64,000 nt of DNA. Source: an uncultured archaeon. GTDB taxonomy: Archaea; Iainarchaeota; Iainarchaeia; Iainarchaeales; GCA-2688035. This document shows positions 45,739 to 55,877 of the stretch, piece by piece. The stretch spans positions 8,420 through 72,419 of the forward strand of contig CAYHBD010000010.1 of NCBI GenBank assembly GCA_964354805.1, in the 5' to 3' direction. The stretch's first letter is position 1. Every line of letters begins with the position of its first letter. Below the pieces are notes generated by a model that ran no database searches, was not told where the DNA came from, and saw nothing but the letters and a program-made list of their open reading frames with translations. The translations under genes were made by a program, and so were the position numbers.

Positions 45739-46563
45739 TCACAGCACTCCTGCAAGGAAGCCGAGCAATGCAACCAGCATTGCGATTTTTGAGAGCACCT
45801 GTGCCCTGCCAAATTTTCTTTGAACAGCTTTAGCAAAAGAGAGCAAAAAAAGCAGGTTCGCGATTGAAACAATGGCAAGAAAAGCAATTTTGTTAAAGCC
45901 AAGCAGGGCAAAAGGGGCATAAACAGCAATTATTGCAGCCAAATAATAAAGGAAAACAATTCCAATAACCTTTTTTTCGCTCAACAGCATTGGCAGGCTT
46001 TTCTTAAAGCCCCTGTCCTGCTTCACATCCTGCAAATCCTTTATCAGCTCTCGAGCAAGGTTCGCAAACAAAGCTGCAAGCGCAAGAAATGCAACAATCT
46101 CATATTTGCCAATCAATGATGCGCCGAAAACAAGCGTGAAGGCAGTTCCAGAAGCAACAACAAAATTGCCGATATACTTTGTCTTTGAAAGAAAAGCACT
46201 GTAAACAATTAGTAGGGCAGTGAAAACAAAAGCTATTGCAGTGCTTGCTGCTGGCAGATAATTTAATGCAAGCGCATTGCCTGCAATGAACAGCACAATT
46301 GCATAGCACAGCGCTGTTTTTGGCTTTATTTTTCCGCTTGGCAGTGGCTTGCCTGGGTGCAACTTTTTGTCCAAATTCCTGTCAAAGTAATCGTTTATCA
46401 CCATGCCGCCAGCGCAAACAAGGAAAGCGACAGCCATTGCAATGCCAATTCCTTGGTTCAATTGAATTGCGCTGCCTGCAATGCTGCTGCCAATGAATGT
46501 TCCAAAAGCAGCCATTGTGCAGTTCAACGGCCTGATGATTGAAACGAAATCCAGCAGTGACAT
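45739..46563 (-). CDS. UbiA-family prenyltransferase, DGGGP synthase-like
   Basis: IRPLNC, INDYFDRNLD..PLPSG, RELIKDLQDVKQD. Confidence 0.88.
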   Translation of the reverse strand: MSLLDFVSIIRPLNCTMAAFGTFIGSSIAGSAIQLNQGIGIAMAVAFLVCAGGMVINDYFDRNLDKKLHPGKPLPSGKIKPKTALCYAIVLFIAGNALALNYLPAASTAIAFVFTALLIVYSAFLSKTKYIGNFVVASGTAFTLVFGASLIGKYEIVAFLALAALFANLARELIKDLQDVKQDRGFKKSLPMLLSEKKVIGIVFLYYLAAIIAVYAPFALLGFNKIAFLAIVSIANLLFLLSFAKAVQRKFGRAQVLSKIAMLVALLGFLAGVL

Positions 46564-46646
46564 CTGAATCAAGTATTGCTGAAAAGGGTTATAAAATTAT
46601 TATTTTATTATTCAATGGATGAATTAAGGAAAAGCGGTGTTTTTGC

Positions 46647-47516
46647 TTGACTGTTGAGTTGAGTGTTCTTGCAGCGTTTGGCGCAATGCTTTGCTGGGGC
46701 TTTGGTGACTTTTTAATACAGAAAAGCGCGAGAAAGGTTGGTGACATTGAGGCGCTTGCTTTCATTGGCATAATCGGCTCAATAATTCTCCTGCCTTTTG
46801 TTGTTCTTGAGCTGCCGCTTCTTTTTTCTTTTGAAAATATTGCCCTGCTTTGCTTTGTTGGAATTGTAACTCTTGTTGTTGCCTTGTTTGATTTTGAGGC
46901 ATTGAAGCAGGGAAAGCTTTCCGTTGTGGAAATTGTGCTGGAAATAGAGCTGCCTGCAACAGTGCTGCTTGGGTTTTTGTTCTTTGCCGAAATTGTTTCA
47001 ACCCAGCAAATAATATTGATTCTGTTTATTCTGTTGGGTGTTGCCCTGATTTCGCTTTCAAATATTTCAAAGCAGCAGTTCTTGAAAGGGTTAGAAAAAG
47101 GAATTCTGCTGGCAATAATATCCGGCATTGGGCTGGCTTTTTTGAACTTTTTCACAGCAGTTGCCAGCAGAAAAGTTTCGCCAATAATGGCAGTTTGGGC
47201 GCCATTTGTTGTTTTCACAATCCCTTGCCTGGCAATCATCTGGCGCAGGGAAGGTTTCAAAAAGCTTGCCGGAAACGCGGCCAAGTACAAATTCACTTTG
47301 CTCGGAATGGGCATTTTTGACACAATTGCCTGGGTTTTCTTTGCAATAGCTGTTTTCGAAAAACCGCTTGCCATCACAATAGCAATAACGGAAAGCTATC
47401 CTGCTGTAGCACTGCTGCTTGCAGTCTGCATAAACAAAGAGAAAATAAGAAAACACCAGTATGCAGGCGCGGCAATTGCGCTGGCAGCCTGCATTTTGCT
47501 TGGGTTGCTTGCATAA
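46647..47516 (+). CDS. EamA/DMT transporter
   Basis: About 10 TM in two repeats; WGFGDF, KEKI. Confidence 0.85.
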   Translation: MTVELSVLAAFGAMLCWGFGDFLIQKSARKVGDIEALAFIGIIGSIILLPFVVLELPLLFSFENIALLCFVGIVTLVVALFDFEALKQGKLSVVEIVLEIELPATVLLGFLFFAEIVSTQQIILILFILLGVALISLSNISKQQFLKGLEKGILLAIISGIGLAFLNFFTAVASRKVSPIMAVWAPFVVFTIPCLAIIWRREGFKKLAGNAAKYKFTLLGMGIFDTIAWVFFAIAVFEKPLAITIAITESYPAVALLLAVCINKEKIRKHQYAGAAIALAACILLGLLA

Positions 47517-47569
47517 TTGGCTTTTTTGCCAAAAAAGTTCTTCAACAAACCATTGCCCAAAAGATTGGG

Positions 47570-49798
47570 CTATTTTTTACCGGTTTTCATTTTCGGCTTG
47601 AATCTCTTAATCAAAAGCGAGTTTGTTACAACGCTTACTGAACTGAATGCCATTGCGCTGCCTGCAATCACCGGGCTTAAAAGCCAGCCGGTGAAAGGGT
47701 AAAGCGCTCCTGCTGCAACAGGGATTCCAATAACATTGTAAACAAATGCCCAGAAAAAGTTCTGCTTTATTTTTCGCATTGCAAAAGTGCTGAGCTGGAT
47801 TGCTGCAACAACATCCCTTGGATCGTTCTTTACAAGCACAATGTCCCCTGCTTCAATCGCAATATCTGTCCCTGAGCCGATTGCTATTCCCAAATCTGAC
47901 TGGGCAAGCGCCGGGGCATCGTTTATCCCGTCGCCAACCATTGCAACTTTTTTGCCCTGCTGCTGCAGTTTCTTTATCTCTTTCTCTTTTTCAGCAGGCA
48001 GCACCTCCGCAAGCACTGTGTTAATGCCAGCCTGTTTTGCTATTGCTGCAGCAGTCCTTGCATTGTCTCCGGTAATCATTGCAACCTGCTTTCCCATTGC
48101 CTGCAATGCGGCAACAGCTTCCCTGCTATGCTCTTTCAGCGTGTCGGCAACAGCAACAACGCCTGCTGCTTTACCATCCAATGCAAGAACCATTGCTGTT
48201 TTGCCCTGTGCTTCAAGGCTTTCAAGGGTTGAATTAATTACCTTCAAATCAATTTTTCTTTCCTGCATCAGTTTCCGGTTTCCAAGCAGAATCCTTTTCC
48301 CCCTGAATTTTGCTTCCACCCCTTTTCCTGTGATTGAATCAAATGAATCAGCATCAGGCAGCTGCATGCTGCTTTCCCTGGCCTTGTTAACTATGGCTTC
48401 TGCAAGCGGGTGCTCGCTTCTTTTTTCGGCAATTGCAGCATAAAGCAAAACATCTTTTTGCTGCATTGAGCCAGATACAACCACCTCTGTAACAACAGGC
48501 TTGCCAACTGTAAGGGTTCCTGTTTTGTCAAAAACAATTGTGTCAATCTCTTTTGCTTTCTGCAGCGCGGCAGCGCTCTTGATCAGAATGCCCTGCTCTG
48601 CGCCCTTTCCAGTGCCAACCATTACAGCTGTCGGTGTTGCAAGCCCCATTGCGCAGGGGCAGGCAATTATCAGCACTGAAATGAAAACAGTTAATGCAAA
48701 CAAAAAGCCCTGCCCTGTTGCAAGCCAGAATAAGGCTGCTGCAAGCGCAATCACAATGACTGCAGGGACAAAGTATGCGGAAATTTTGTCGGCAAGCTGC
48801 TGTATTGGGGCCTTGCTTGCCTGGGCATCCTGCACTAATTTGATTATTTGCGCAAGCATTGTTTCGCTGCCGACTTTTTCTGCCCTGAATTTGAATGAGC
48901 CTGTTTTGTTGATTGTTGCCCCAATCACCTTGTCATTGGCGGATTTTTCAACTGCAATGCTTTCACCTGAAACCATGCTTTCGTCAACGCTGCTGTGCCC
49001 TGCAATAACTGTTCCGTCAACAGGCACCTTCTGGCCTGGCTTCACCACAACAATGTCTCCGATCTGCACTTCTTCGATTGGTATTTCAATTTCTTTTCCG
49101 TTCCTTTCAACAATTGCTTTTTTCGGCTGCAGGCCAATCAGCTTTTTTATTGCCTGGCTTGTCCTGCCCTTTGCAACAGCCTCCAAATACTTTCCAAGCA
49201 AAATGAAGGTTATCAGGAAAGCAGCTGTTTCATAGTACAATCCCATTTCTGAGAAAATAGCTGAACCGGAAAGAATTGAAAAAGTTGCGATTACGCTGTA
49301 AACATATGCAGAACCAACGCCCATTGCAACAAGGCTGTCCATTGAAGGGCTTTTTCGCAGCAAAGCCCTAATGCCCCTTGAAAAAAATCCCCTGCCAACA
49401 AAAATTACAGGCGTTGCCAACAGAAACTGCAGCACTGCCTCGTTGCGCATTATTATTTCTGGAAGTGGCAGACCAAGCATTGCTGCAGCCATAAAATACA
49501 TTAAGGGAAGGCTGAACAAAAGTGAAATTATGAAATTCCTTTTGAAAGAATTGGTTTCTTTTTCCCTTGCCTCTTTCTCCAAATCAGGCTTTACAACAGC
49601 ATAACCTGCTTTTTTTATCGCCTCTTCAAGCGCGCTTTCATTAGCAATGCTTGGGTCAAAGCTAATTGTCGCCTTCTCTGTTGCAAAGTTAACGTAGGCA
49701 CTGCGAACTCCTTTGGTTTTGCGCAGTGCTTTCTCTATTGTTGCAGCGCAGCTTGCGCAGTGCATTCCCTTAACCAGGATTGTTTTTTCTTCCTGCAT
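47570..49798 (-). CDS. copA: Cu(I)-translocating P1B ATPase
   Basis: GMHCASC, CPC, DKTGT, HP, GDGINDAP, YN..MAFSS. Confidence 0.95.
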   Translation of the reverse strand: MQEEKTILVKGMHCASCAATIEKALRKTKGVRSAYVNFATEKATISFDPSIANESALEEAIKKAGYAVVKPDLEKEAREKETNSFKRNFIISLLFSLPLMYFMAAAMLGLPLPEIIMRNEAVLQFLLATPVIFVGRGFFSRGIRALLRKSPSMDSLVAMGVGSAYVYSVIATFSILSGSAIFSEMGLYYETAAFLITFILLGKYLEAVAKGRTSQAIKKLIGLQPKKAIVERNGKEIEIPIEEVQIGDIVVVKPGQKVPVDGTVIAGHSSVDESMVSGESIAVEKSANDKVIGATINKTGSFKFRAEKVGSETMLAQIIKLVQDAQASKAPIQQLADKISAYFVPAVIVIALAAALFWLATGQGFLFALTVFISVLIIACPCAMGLATPTAVMVGTGKGAEQGILIKSAAALQKAKEIDTIVFDKTGTLTVGKPVVTEVVVSGSMQQKDVLLYAAIAEKRSEHPLAEAIVNKARESSMQLPDADSFDSITGKGVEAKFRGKRILLGNRKLMQERKIDLKVINSTLESLEAQGKTAMVLALDGKAAGVVAVADTLKEHSREAVAALQAMGKQVAMITGDNARTAAAIAKQAGINTVLAEVLPAEKEKEIKKLQQQGKKVAMVGDGINDAPALAQSDLGIAIGSGTDIAIEAGDIVLVKNDPRDVVAAIQLSTFAMRKIKQNFFWAFVYNVIGIPVAAGALYPFTGWLLSPVIAGSAMAFSSVSVVTNSLLIKRFKPKMKTGKK

Positions 49799-49856
49799 AA
49801 AAATCAAACAAAATCCATTATGTTAATTATTGCGATTTGCTTTAAACAATTGCCCC

Positions 49857-50615
49857 CTATTTTGCCCCGCAGCCGCAGCTTGCTGTTCCGCAGCAGCTGC
49901 CGCCCTGGGCGGCAGCAGAGCCAGCCTGCAATTGCTTTGCAGCAATGCCTTCGCTCAGCTGTACTCCGCCGCTATTAAAGCCTTCCGCATTCGATTCGCT
50001 TACAACCTTTGCACTGTAAGTTTTGAATACCTCGATTGAGAGCAGCTGCTGCTTTGTTGTTTTGGCCGAATCAAATGTTACATCAAAAAAATTCGGGAAC
50101 TGGAATGCAACGCTTGTTACCCCTGAAAGCTTGCGCAGCTCGCTTGAAATCAATGGTGCGTGGCCGCTGCAAGGGATTTCAACCTGCAGCCTCAACTGTG
50201 AAATTGTTTGGTTGGTTGCGTTTGCAGCAGGCAATGTAGCAAGGCTTCCTGTATCAAAGTTTGCTGTCATTGGAAATATTACAAGGAAAAGCAGCAGGTT
50301 AACCGCAATGGTGCTTCCGTACATTGTTGCAAGGTATTGCTTTTTTCTTGCAATTCCTGCAATTGAAAGAATGCCGTTCCTGCGCAAATAAAAAGCAGAC
50401 GCAATTGTTGCAAAACCTATTGAGATTGCTATTAGAATGTAAAAAAACCACGGGTTCAGCAGCAGGGGCTTGAATAATTCAACAGCAAATGTTGCTCCAA
50501 GCACCGAAGCAGCAATGAACCCAATGCAGCCAAGGTGCGGAATCAACCCAAACAAGATTCCCTGCCTTATGCTCGTTTTTTCTTTTGCTTTGTTTTCCGT
50601 TGAAATGTCTTGCAT
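49857..50615 (-). CDS. Membrane protein with HMA-like domain and Cys-rich tail
   Basis: PHLGC in TM, IPCSGH, SCCGTASCGCG; AGGTGA RBS. Confidence 0.75.
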   Translation of the reverse strand: MQDISTENKAKEKTSIRQGILFGLIPHLGCIGFIAASVLGATFAVELFKPLLLNPWFFYILIAISIGFATIASAFYLRRNGILSIAGIARKKQYLATMYGSTIAVNLLLFLVIFPMTANFDTGSLATLPAANATNQTISQLRLQVEIPCSGHAPLISSELRKLSGVTSVAFQFPNFFDVTFDSAKTTKQQLLSIEVFKTYSAKVVSESNAEGFNSGGVQLSEGIAAKQLQAGSAAAQGGSCCGTASCGCGAK

Positions 50616-50639
50616 AAAATCACCTGCAACAATTGCAGC

Positions 50640-50670
50640 TGAAACCATATATATGGTTTCATGAAACCAT
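50640..50670. promoter_or_regulatory. Overlapping palindromic operators (three GAAACCAT half-sites) on a TATA element
   Basis: tgaaaccatatatatggtttca and atggtttcatgaaaccat are both perfect palindromes. Confidence 0.7.
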
Positions 50671-50708
50671 TGAAAATTGTTTAAAAACAGTAGGTAGCAC
50701 AAGTTTTC

Positions 50709-51224
50709 TTGATGGAACTGAAAATAGATTTCAGCAACAGGAAGGCAATCGCAGGCCTGATTGCCCTTGCATGCGTAATAGCTCTTGCCTTGTATCTGCC
50801 AAGCGTGATTTCGGCAACCAAATCAGAGGTATGCACGGTCGATGGGGTGTGCCTGCATGAGAAACAGCTCACGTTCTTAACCCAGCTTGTGCCTGTTTTT
50901 GTGCTTGGGGGCATAGTCATTGGCGCAGTGGTTTTCTTTTTCGTGACATCAAAGCTGGAAGACAAGCAGAGGAATGTTAAGAAACTGTCAAGCGTAATGC
51001 TAAAATTCCTCAACCCTGATGAAAGAAAGCTTGTTGATTTGCTGATTGAAAACAACGGAAAGGCATTGCAGGCTGAACTGACAAGGCTGCCTGGCATGAG
51101 CAAGGTCAAAAGCCACAGGATAATCCAAAGGCTCATGGACAGGGGCGTAATAGAAAAGGAAACACTTGGAAAAACAAATATTGTGCGCTTCAGCAAAGAA
51201 ATAAAAGAGGGGCTGTTGCAGTAA
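50709..51224 (+). CDS. Membrane-anchored wHTH regulator
   Basis: 2 TM with periplasmic-side C..CLH; FLNPDERK..QAEL..SKVKSHRII..GKTN. Confidence 0.8.
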   Translation: MMELKIDFSNRKAIAGLIALACVIALALYLPSVISATKSEVCTVDGVCLHEKQLTFLTQLVPVFVLGGIVIGAVVFFFVTSKLEDKQRNVKKLSSVMLKFLNPDERKLVDLLIENNGKALQAELTRLPGMSKVKSHRIIQRLMDRGVIEKETLGKTNIVRFSKEIKEGLLQ

Positions 51225-51664
51225 TGTCGAAAAAAACATGGCAGCAATTCCATGCCGATGTCAAGAAATTGGTAGCTGGCTTTGGCAGCTATAAGCCTGA
51301 TGTCATTGTACCTTGCATGCTCGGCGGCCTAATTCCAGGCGCAATAATTGCAAAAGCTTTGGGAATAAACGATGTAAGGCCGATTGACATTGAGAGAAAA
51401 GGAATGGAGAGAAGGCTTGCATACGATGTGCAGGGCAGCATTGCAGGAAAAAAGGTTCTTATAGTAGAGGATGATTTGCCTACTGGGATAGGGCCAGCGC
51501 TTATAAAGAAACAGTTTGAGCAAAGAGGCGCAGCAGTGAAAATAGCCGCTGTTTACGTTAACAGCGAGAGCAAGCATCTTGCTGACTTTTATGCTGCCGA
51601 ACTGCAGCAATTGCCAGATTACCCTTGGAAAAAACAGCATGCAGGCGACAGGCTGAGAAAATAA
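51224..51664 (+). CDS. Type I phosphoribosyltransferase (purine PRT-like)
   Basis: GGLIPG, VLIVEDDLPTG, YPW. Confidence 0.85.
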   Translation: MSKKTWQQFHADVKKLVAGFGSYKPDVIVPCMLGGLIPGAIIAKALGINDVRPIDIERKGMERRLAYDVQGSIAGKKVLIVEDDLPTGIGPALIKKQFEQRGAAVKIAAVYVNSESKHLADFYAAELQQLPDYPWKKQHAGDRLRK

Positions 51665-51707
51665 GCTTTAAATCATTCTTCTATAAATTAATAAAAGGGG
51701 ATTCGAT

Positions 51708-52505
51708 TTGATTGACTCAGCTGCATTGCTCGAAAAAGTGCGCGCCCAGAAACCTTTGGTGCATCATATAACCAATTGGGTAACTATTTACGATTGCGCG
51801 AACATTGTGAGGGCAATCGGCGCCCTGCCTGTAATGGCTCACGCAATTGAGGAAAGCGCTGAAATGCAATCTATAGCAAATGCGCTTGTTCTGAACATTG
51901 GCACACTTACCCCCTCATTGGTTGAAAGCATGATTGCTGCTGCAAAAAAGGCGAATGAATTGCAGCTCCCTGTTGTATTGGATGCTGTCGGAGTTGGAGC
52001 AACAAGGCTGCGGACAGAAAAAGCAAAAGAGATTCTTGAAAAAGTTCGTGTTGATGTATTGAAAGGAAACAAAAGCGAAATAGCAAAATTGGCCGGTGCT
52101 GATGTTCTCACTCGGGGGGTTGAAGCAAGTGCCGTTGAAGGAAATATTATTGAGTTGGCAAAAAAACTTGCAGCAGAGAGGCAAAATACTGTTGTTGTAA
52201 CAGGTGCGCAAGACATTGTTGCATCTGCAGGGAAAAATTTTCTGGTGAAGAACGGGCATTCCCTAATGGGCAAATTCGTTGGAACAGGCTGCATGGCTGC
52301 CTCTTTGATTGGATGCTTTGCTGCTGTTGAAAAAGATTATGCAAAAGCAAGCGCTGCTGCCTTGAGCTGCTTTGGGATTGCAGGCGAGCTTGCGGCAAAA
52401 AAAGCAAAGGCACCGGCTGCATTCAAGCAGCAGCTGTTTGATGAATTGTACAATCTCAAGCCAGCGGTTGTTAAAAAAAAGCAGAAAATAGAGGAATTAA
52501 AATGA
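51708..52505 (+). CDS. thiM: Hydroxyethylthiazole kinase
   Basis: PLVHHITNWV, LNIGTL, KGNKSEI, VGTGC. Confidence 0.93.
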   Translation: MIDSAALLEKVRAQKPLVHHITNWVTIYDCANIVRAIGALPVMAHAIEESAEMQSIANALVLNIGTLTPSLVESMIAAAKKANELQLPVVLDAVGVGATRLRTEKAKEILEKVRVDVLKGNKSEIAKLAGADVLTRGVEASAVEGNIIELAKKLAAERQNTVVVTGAQDIVASAGKNFLVKNGHSLMGKFVGTGCMAASLIGCFAAVEKDYAKASAAALSCFGIAGELAAKKAKAPAAFKQQLFDELYNLKPAVVKKKQKIEELK

Positions 52506-53137
52506 GTGCAAAGGCAAAAATTGCCGGGCTGTACTTTATCACAGACGGCAGGCTTAGCAAACAGGGCATTTTTGCTGATGTGCGACAGGTTATAGCAGCA
52601 GGCTGCAGCATTGTGCAGTACAGGGAAAAAGAGAAGGAAACAGGTGAAATGGTTGCAGAGGCAAAGCAGATTGCTGCCCTGTGCAAAAAGAACAAAATTT
52701 TGTTTTTAATTAATGACAGGATTGATGTTGCTTTGGCTGTTGATGCTGATGGCGTTCATTTGGGTCAGCAGGATATGCCTGTTGTAATTGCAAGGAAACT
52801 GCTTGGGAAAAATAAAACCATTGGCTTAACAGTGCACAGTGTTGAAGAAGCAGCGCAAGCGCAAAATCAGGGTGTTGACTATGTAAGTGTTTCCCCGATT
52901 TTTTCTACAGCAACAAAGCAGGATGCAGGAAAGCCTGTCGGCATTGAATTGATTAAAGAGATTAAAAGAGCGGTGAAAGTGCCTGTTGTTGCAATAGGCG
53001 GCATTAATGAGCAGAATGTGCAGCAGGTTTTGCAGACAGGCGCTGACAGTGTTGCAATAATTTCAGCAATTGTATGCGCTGGCAATGCTGCAGAAGCAGC
53101 AAGAAGGATTATTAAAAAAATAAGTGAATTTGAATGA
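52502..53137 (+). CDS. thiE: Thiamine-phosphate synthase
   Basis: VQYREK, INDRIDVA, DGVHLGQQD, TATK, AIGGI. Confidence 0.95.
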   Translation: MSAKAKIAGLYFITDGRLSKQGIFADVRQVIAAGCSIVQYREKEKETGEMVAEAKQIAALCKKNKILFLINDRIDVALAVDADGVHLGQQDMPVVIARKLLGKNKTIGLTVHSVEEAAQAQNQGVDYVSVSPIFSTATKQDAGKPVGIELIKEIKRAVKVPVVAIGGINEQNVQQVLQTGADSVAIISAIVCAGNAAEAARRIIKKISEFE

Positions 53138-54378
53138 CAACACAATTGGAATTTGCAAAGGCAGGAAAGACGACAAGGGAAATGCAGCAAGCTGCAAAAA
53201 GCGAGCCTGTTAATGCAAGGCAGCTGCAAAAGCTGATTGCGACAGGAAAAGCTGTTCTGCCAGCAAACAGCAGGCACCGCAACCTTAAGCCTATCGCAAT
53301 CGGCAGCGCCCTGCGCACAAAAGTGAATGCGAACATTGGCACTTCGCCGCTTAAGGCAAGCTTGCGAGAGGAATTGCAGAAAATGCGGGTTGCTGTTGCT
53401 GCAGGCGCTGATGCAGTAATGGATTTGAGCATTGGCGGAAACATTGATGCAATAAGAAAAGCAATTCTGCGCAAAGCGACTGTTCCAATTGGAACAGTTC
53501 CAATTTACCAGGCGTTTGTTGGAAAGAATCTGAGTGCTGTAAGCGAAGATGATATGTTCGATGCAATTGAAAAGCACTGCAATGACGGAGTTGATTTCAT
53601 TACTGTTCACAGCGGAGTGACAAGAAAAGCGATTCCGCTCGTGCGCAAAAGGCTTACCGGAGTTGTAAGCAGGGGCGGCTCGCTGCTTTTGAGGTGGATG
53701 CAGTACAATGCCCTGGAAAACCCGCTTTACAAAAACTTTGATTATGTTCTGGAAATTGCAAAAAAGAATGATGTAACTCTCAGTCTGGGCGATGGATTGA
53801 GGCCAGGCTGCCTGCATGACGCAACCGACAGGGCGCAATTGCAGGAGCTGAGGCTGCTCGGCAGCCTTGCGAAGAGGGCAAAAGCAAAGGGAGTGCAGGC
53901 AATGATCGAAGGACCAGGGCATGTTCCATTGAATCAGATTGAACGAAATGTGAAGATGCAGCAGCGCCTGTGCAATAACGCGCCTTTTTATGTTCTCGGT
54001 CCTATTGTTACAGACATTGCGCCGGGCTATGACCATATCACAAGCGCAATTGGAGGCGCATTAGCAGCATACTATGGCGCTTCTTTCATTTGCTATGTTA
54101 CGCCAAGCGAGCACTTGAGCTTGCCAAACGCGCAAGATGTGCGAGATGGCGTCATTGCAGCAAGGATTGCAGGGCATGCTGCTGATATTGCAAAGGGCTT
54201 GAAGGGGGCACAGCATTGGGATAATGAAATGTCTTTTTACAGGAAGAAACTGGATTGGGAAAAAATGTTTCAATTGGCAATCGATAAAGAGAAAGCAATT
54301 GCTTACAGGAAGAGGTCAAAGATAAAGGGAAAGGAATGCACAATGTGCGGTGAATTTTGTGCAATGAAGGGGATGTGA
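53134..54378 (+). CDS. thiC: Phosphomethylpyrimidine synthase
   Basis: KVNANIGTS, VSRGGS, SLGDGLRPG, EGPGH, CTMCGEFC. Confidence 0.96.
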   Translation: MTTQLEFAKAGKTTREMQQAAKSEPVNARQLQKLIATGKAVLPANSRHRNLKPIAIGSALRTKVNANIGTSPLKASLREELQKMRVAVAAGADAVMDLSIGGNIDAIRKAILRKATVPIGTVPIYQAFVGKNLSAVSEDDMFDAIEKHCNDGVDFITVHSGVTRKAIPLVRKRLTGVVSRGGSLLLRWMQYNALENPLYKNFDYVLEIAKKNDVTLSLGDGLRPGCLHDATDRAQLQELRLLGSLAKRAKAKGVQAMIEGPGHVPLNQIERNVKMQQRLCNNAPFYVLGPIVTDIAPGYDHITSAIGGALAAYYGASFICYVTPSEHLSLPNAQDVRDGVIAARIAGHAADIAKGLKGAQHWDNEMSFYRKKLDWEKMFQLAIDKEKAIAYRKRSKIKGKECTMCGEFCAMKGM

Positions 54379-54393
54379 AAATTTGGGCAGAAA

Positions 54394-55353
54394 ATGCAAA
54401 AGAGGGCAATGAAAATGCAGCTGAAGGAAATCGGCGAAATGGCTTTAATCAAGAGGATTGCAAGAAAACCAAAGCACAAGGAAGTGCTGGTTGGAATTGG
54501 CGATGATGCCGCTGTTGTAAGGTTTGGCGGAAAGCGGCTGGTGCTTACTGTTGACACTTTGGTGCAAGATGACCATTTTTCCCTTAAATGGTTTTCAGCA
54601 AAGCAGGTTGGAATGAAGGCAATTGAAATAAACGTTTCGGACATCGGCGCAATGAACTCTGTCCCATTGTATGCCCTGGTTTCACTCTGCCTGCGGAAAG
54701 ATACCCCGCTTGCGTTTGTTGACGGCTTGTATGAAGGGATTTACAGCGCTGCGCGAAAATATAAAGTTGATATAATTGGCGGAAACATGGCTCATGGAAC
54801 CCAGATAGTGGTTGATATAATGCTGGTTGGGGAGGCAAAGGGAAAAATTCCCTTGCGAAGCAATGCAAAACCAGGTGATTTGATTATCGCAAGCGGAACT
54901 CTTGGGGCATCAACAGCAGGCCTGAACCTGTTTTTGAAAAAAATAAAGGGATTCAATGCTGTGAAGAAAAAGCACTTGGAACCAAAAGCCCAGCTGCGCA
55001 AAGCATATGCCATTGCAAAATACGCTAACGCGATGGAAGACTGCAGCGATGGCCTGGCAAGCGAGGTCAGAAACATATGCAATGCAAGCAAATGCGGTGC
55101 GGTAATTGAATGGGAGAAAGTGCCTGTTTCAAGGGAAACAGAAAAAGCTGCAAAAGCGCTTGGAAAAGAGGCAAAAGACTTTGCCCTCTTCGGCGGCGAA
55201 GACTTTGAATTGATTGCAACAGTGCCGCGCAGGTTTGCGAAAAAAGTTCCTGGCTTTGTTGTTGGCGAAATAATTGGAGAAAGGAAAATTTACCTGAAAA
55301 AAGGCGGAATTAAGAGAGAATTAAAAAAGGCGGGCTTTGACCACTTTGCTTAG
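54394..55353 (+). CDS. thiL: Thiamine-monophosphate kinase
   Basis: GIGDDAA, NVSDIGAM, DCSDGL, GGEDFEL, GFDHF. Confidence 0.93.
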   Translation: MQKRAMKMQLKEIGEMALIKRIARKPKHKEVLVGIGDDAAVVRFGGKRLVLTVDTLVQDDHFSLKWFSAKQVGMKAIEINVSDIGAMNSVPLYALVSLCLRKDTPLAFVDGLYEGIYSAARKYKVDIIGGNMAHGTQIVVDIMLVGEAKGKIPLRSNAKPGDLIIASGTLGASTAGLNLFLKKIKGFNAVKKKHLEPKAQLRKAYAIAKYANAMEDCSDGLASEVRNICNASKCGAVIEWEKVPVSRETEKAAKALGKEAKDFALFGGEDFELIATVPRRFAKKVPGFVVGEIIGERKIYLKKGGIKRELKKAGFDHFA

Positions 55354-55365
55354 AACAAGCCGATT

Positions 55366-55524
55366 TTACGCCTTCTTTACCTTGTGCTTCAGCCTGAGTG
55401 CTTTGCTTCCGCACTTTCTGCATTTTCTCGGCTTTCCCGTGCCGCTCCTGTTCTTTGCATTGCACCGCATGCAAACCCACTGGTTCTTGAACAGCCTTGC
55501 ATCAGCTTCCTCAACCCTTGCCAT
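55366..55524 (-). CDS. rpl40e: 50S ribosomal protein L40e
   Basis: Not in ORF track: [48 protein letters not shown]. Confidence 0.88.
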   Translation of the reverse strand: MARVEEADARLFKNQWVCMRCNAKNRSGTGKPRKCRKCGSKALRLKHKVKKA

Positions 55525-55637
55525 AAAAAACACCTAATGCCCAGAAATCGATTTAAATTCGAAACAGGCTCAATTAATCTTATAAACAAGAAACTATTTA
55601 AATATTAGAGATTAAAACAATAACAGGAGGCTACAAG

Positions 55638-55820
55638 ATGGGCAGTGCAAGAAAAAGCATGGCAAATAAGATTGGCTGCGCAGGACGAATGGGCCATCCT
55701 ACCGTTATGCATACTGGGTCAAAAAGGGGATCGCCGATAACAACTGTAAGTACTTTTCGTAAGATAAAAGCAATGGCAAAGAGAAGAAGAAATAGGGCTC
55801 GAAGAAAGGAAACTAAGTAG
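55638..55820 (+). CDS. Small basic orphan
   Basis: AGGAGG RBS and TATA upstream; K/R-rich. Confidence 0.5.
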   Translation: MGSARKSMANKIGCAGRMGHPTVMHTGSKRGSPITTVSTFRKIKAMAKRRRNRARRKETK

Positions 55821-55877
55821 CAGTAGCCAATTAAATAAGTTGCTTTTCAATATTTTTTAACAAGAAACCAATTTCTT

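Noticed and set aside
51665-51707. TPP riboswitch before thiM
   Set aside because: About 40 bp gap; no CTGAGA/TGAT core arrangement that fits
55585-55868. aacaagaaac repeated on both sides of the 55638 orphan
   Set aside because: 10 bp and A-rich; consistent with the duplication pattern but too weak alone
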